Translations under genes and position numbers: made by a program
From: Lama glama
Taxonomy: Eukaryota
Assembly: GCA_028534125.1 (NCBI GenBank)
Contig: CM052816.1
Coordinates: 77,378,001-77,442,000 of the forward strand
Direction: 5' to 3'
Length of the DNA: 64,000 nucleotides
The notes under the pieces: model-generated
The model's database searches: none
The model's input: the letters and a program-made list of their open reading frames with translations, nothing else
What the model was told of the DNA's origin: nothing
Shown: piece by piece, positions 62,565-64,000 of the stretch
Numbering within the stretch: position 1 is the stretch's first letter
How the letters are laid out: every line of letters begins with the position of its first letter

Positions 62565-62760
62565 GCCACCCATGTGCCAGGTTCTGCTGTGTTTTATAAC
62601 TACAGCTATTGTAATTCTCACAGCTCTAGGAAGCAACACTGTCATTATCATGAACCTGGGAGGTCAGGTGACTGGTCTGAGTTCACACTGCTGGTAGATA
62701 ATGGAGCTGGATTTTGAACCCTGGGAAGCCAGGAGTCTGGTTTCAGAGTCTGTGTTCTAG
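62565..62760 (-). mobile_element. MIR SINE
   Basis: ccatgtgccagg...taattctcacagctct...ggagctggattttgaaccc...gtctggtttcagagtctgtgttct. Confidence 0.65.
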
Positions 62761-63139
62761 TCAGACGTGTGACCCCCACATCACCGGCCCCGCCTAGGAG
62801 CCTGTGTGCTAAGCACCACGTTACACACCAACGTGGACAAAGGCAGGGGGTTGGCAGGGAGGCGTGGGGGTGGCAGGCAGTTTTCCAAGTGCTACACTTG
62901 TGTTGGCTCACTTAATCCTGACAACCACCATGTGGGGCCTCTACTAGTAGCCTCCCTAACCATAGGTGATGAATGGCAAAGTAACTGGCCCCGTGGGGAG
63001 CTTGGGGTTTAGCCAGGCGGACTGGTGCCGGAGCCCGCGTGTTTAACTATTATGCTGCTGCTTTTGTCTCCAAGACACGCAGAAAACAGTGACCCCCGCT
63101 CACACGTGCCATCCCGTCCGGAGGTGATGTCCTCCTTAC

Positions 63140-63251
63140 CTCTGCCATTCCCTCCACCACCTTCTGCTTATCCACCTGTAAGATGCCGTTCTTCGCTGTG
63201 CGAGACACGTGCAGCTCATGCCAGTGGCCCAGGGTGAGGGGCTCTTCACTC
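63140..63251 (-). CDS. EGFLAM: EGFLAM (pikachurin) exon, 112 nt, laminin G domain 2
   Basis: Minus strand ctgcag|G...GAG|gtaagg; [37 protein letters not shown]. Confidence 0.95.
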
Positions 63252-63599
63252 CTGCAGAAGAAAGGAAACTGAGCATGGGTTAGCAACACTGGCGTTATGG
63301 ATAATGTCCATCAGCCTCGTTCTGATGAAATGTGCCAACCTTGTGCACCTCACTCTGCTCAGCAGAGAAAACCGTCGTTCCTCCTTGGGAAACACAGCAG
63401 TGCTGTCTCCATTTATTGGACTCCTTTGTGGTAGGAGGATTGCATTTATTATTTTACTTAGTCCTTACAACAAGCCTGAAATATGGGTAGGATTAGCCTG
63501 GTTTTCAAGATCAGGGGTGACATGAGGGTAAAATGCGATCAGAGCTGCACACAAGCTTTGAAGAAGAGAAAATTATATGAGCTATGGTGGGAAACAGAT

Positions 63600-63805
63600 T
63601 GCTGGGTGTACTGATGTCTGCAGCATCCTTTGAAATGCATAAAAAATAAGATGAATGGGTGGATAGAGGAGTATAAGGGTGAACAGATAAGGCAAATACA
63701 GCAAAATGTTAATCATAGACTACAGGTGGTGGGTATAAGGATGTACACCATACAATTCTTTCAACTTTTCTGTATTTAAAATTTTTTCATAATGAAATGT
63801 TGCAG
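63600..63805 (+). mobile_element. L1ME-type 3' end
   Basis: tactgatgtctgcagc...gcaaaatgttaat...ggtggtgggtata...attctttcaacttttctgtatttaaaattttttcataat. Confidence 0.7.
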
Positions 63806-64000
63806 GGGGACAGAGTCCATGTTGTCTGATATTGTGAAAAGGATGAAAAGTACTTTAAAAATTCAATTATTAATTCAAGACGGAAACACTTGAAGTTTAA
63901 ATGGTATCAATAGGAGTTTAACATGGTACGTTTTACAATGAAATTTGCAGAGAGGGTAATTATTGCATTTGTATTTCTGATGATATATGTACAGTTCCTG

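Overview
Mammalian genomic DNA, very probably camelid, judged from tRNA-Ala-derived camelid-type SINEs and a young camelid-type L1 3' end. It holds the 3' parts of two convergent genes. On the + strand is LIFR: 16 coding exons (4278-35997, equivalent to human exons 5-20, 2897 nt, all GT-AG and in frame), then a ~6.5 kb 3' UTR ending near AATAAA at 42464. On the - strand is EGFLAM/pikachurin: five constitutive exons plus a 24-nt microexon between 63251 and 47220. The last EGFLAM exons are not in the window and probably lie in a 500-N scaffold gap (46070-46569). The rest is intronic or intergenic DNA with ancient and lineage-specific transposons. I found no new multi-gene system. The best leads are an extra Cys pair in LIFR domain 4, the Cys-containing EGFLAM microexon with a neural-microexon-type 3' splice site, a nearby candidate poison exon, and a nested SINE/SINE/LTR insertion. 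Gene, exon-number and repeat-family names come from my recall of orthologues and consensus sequences, not from searches.
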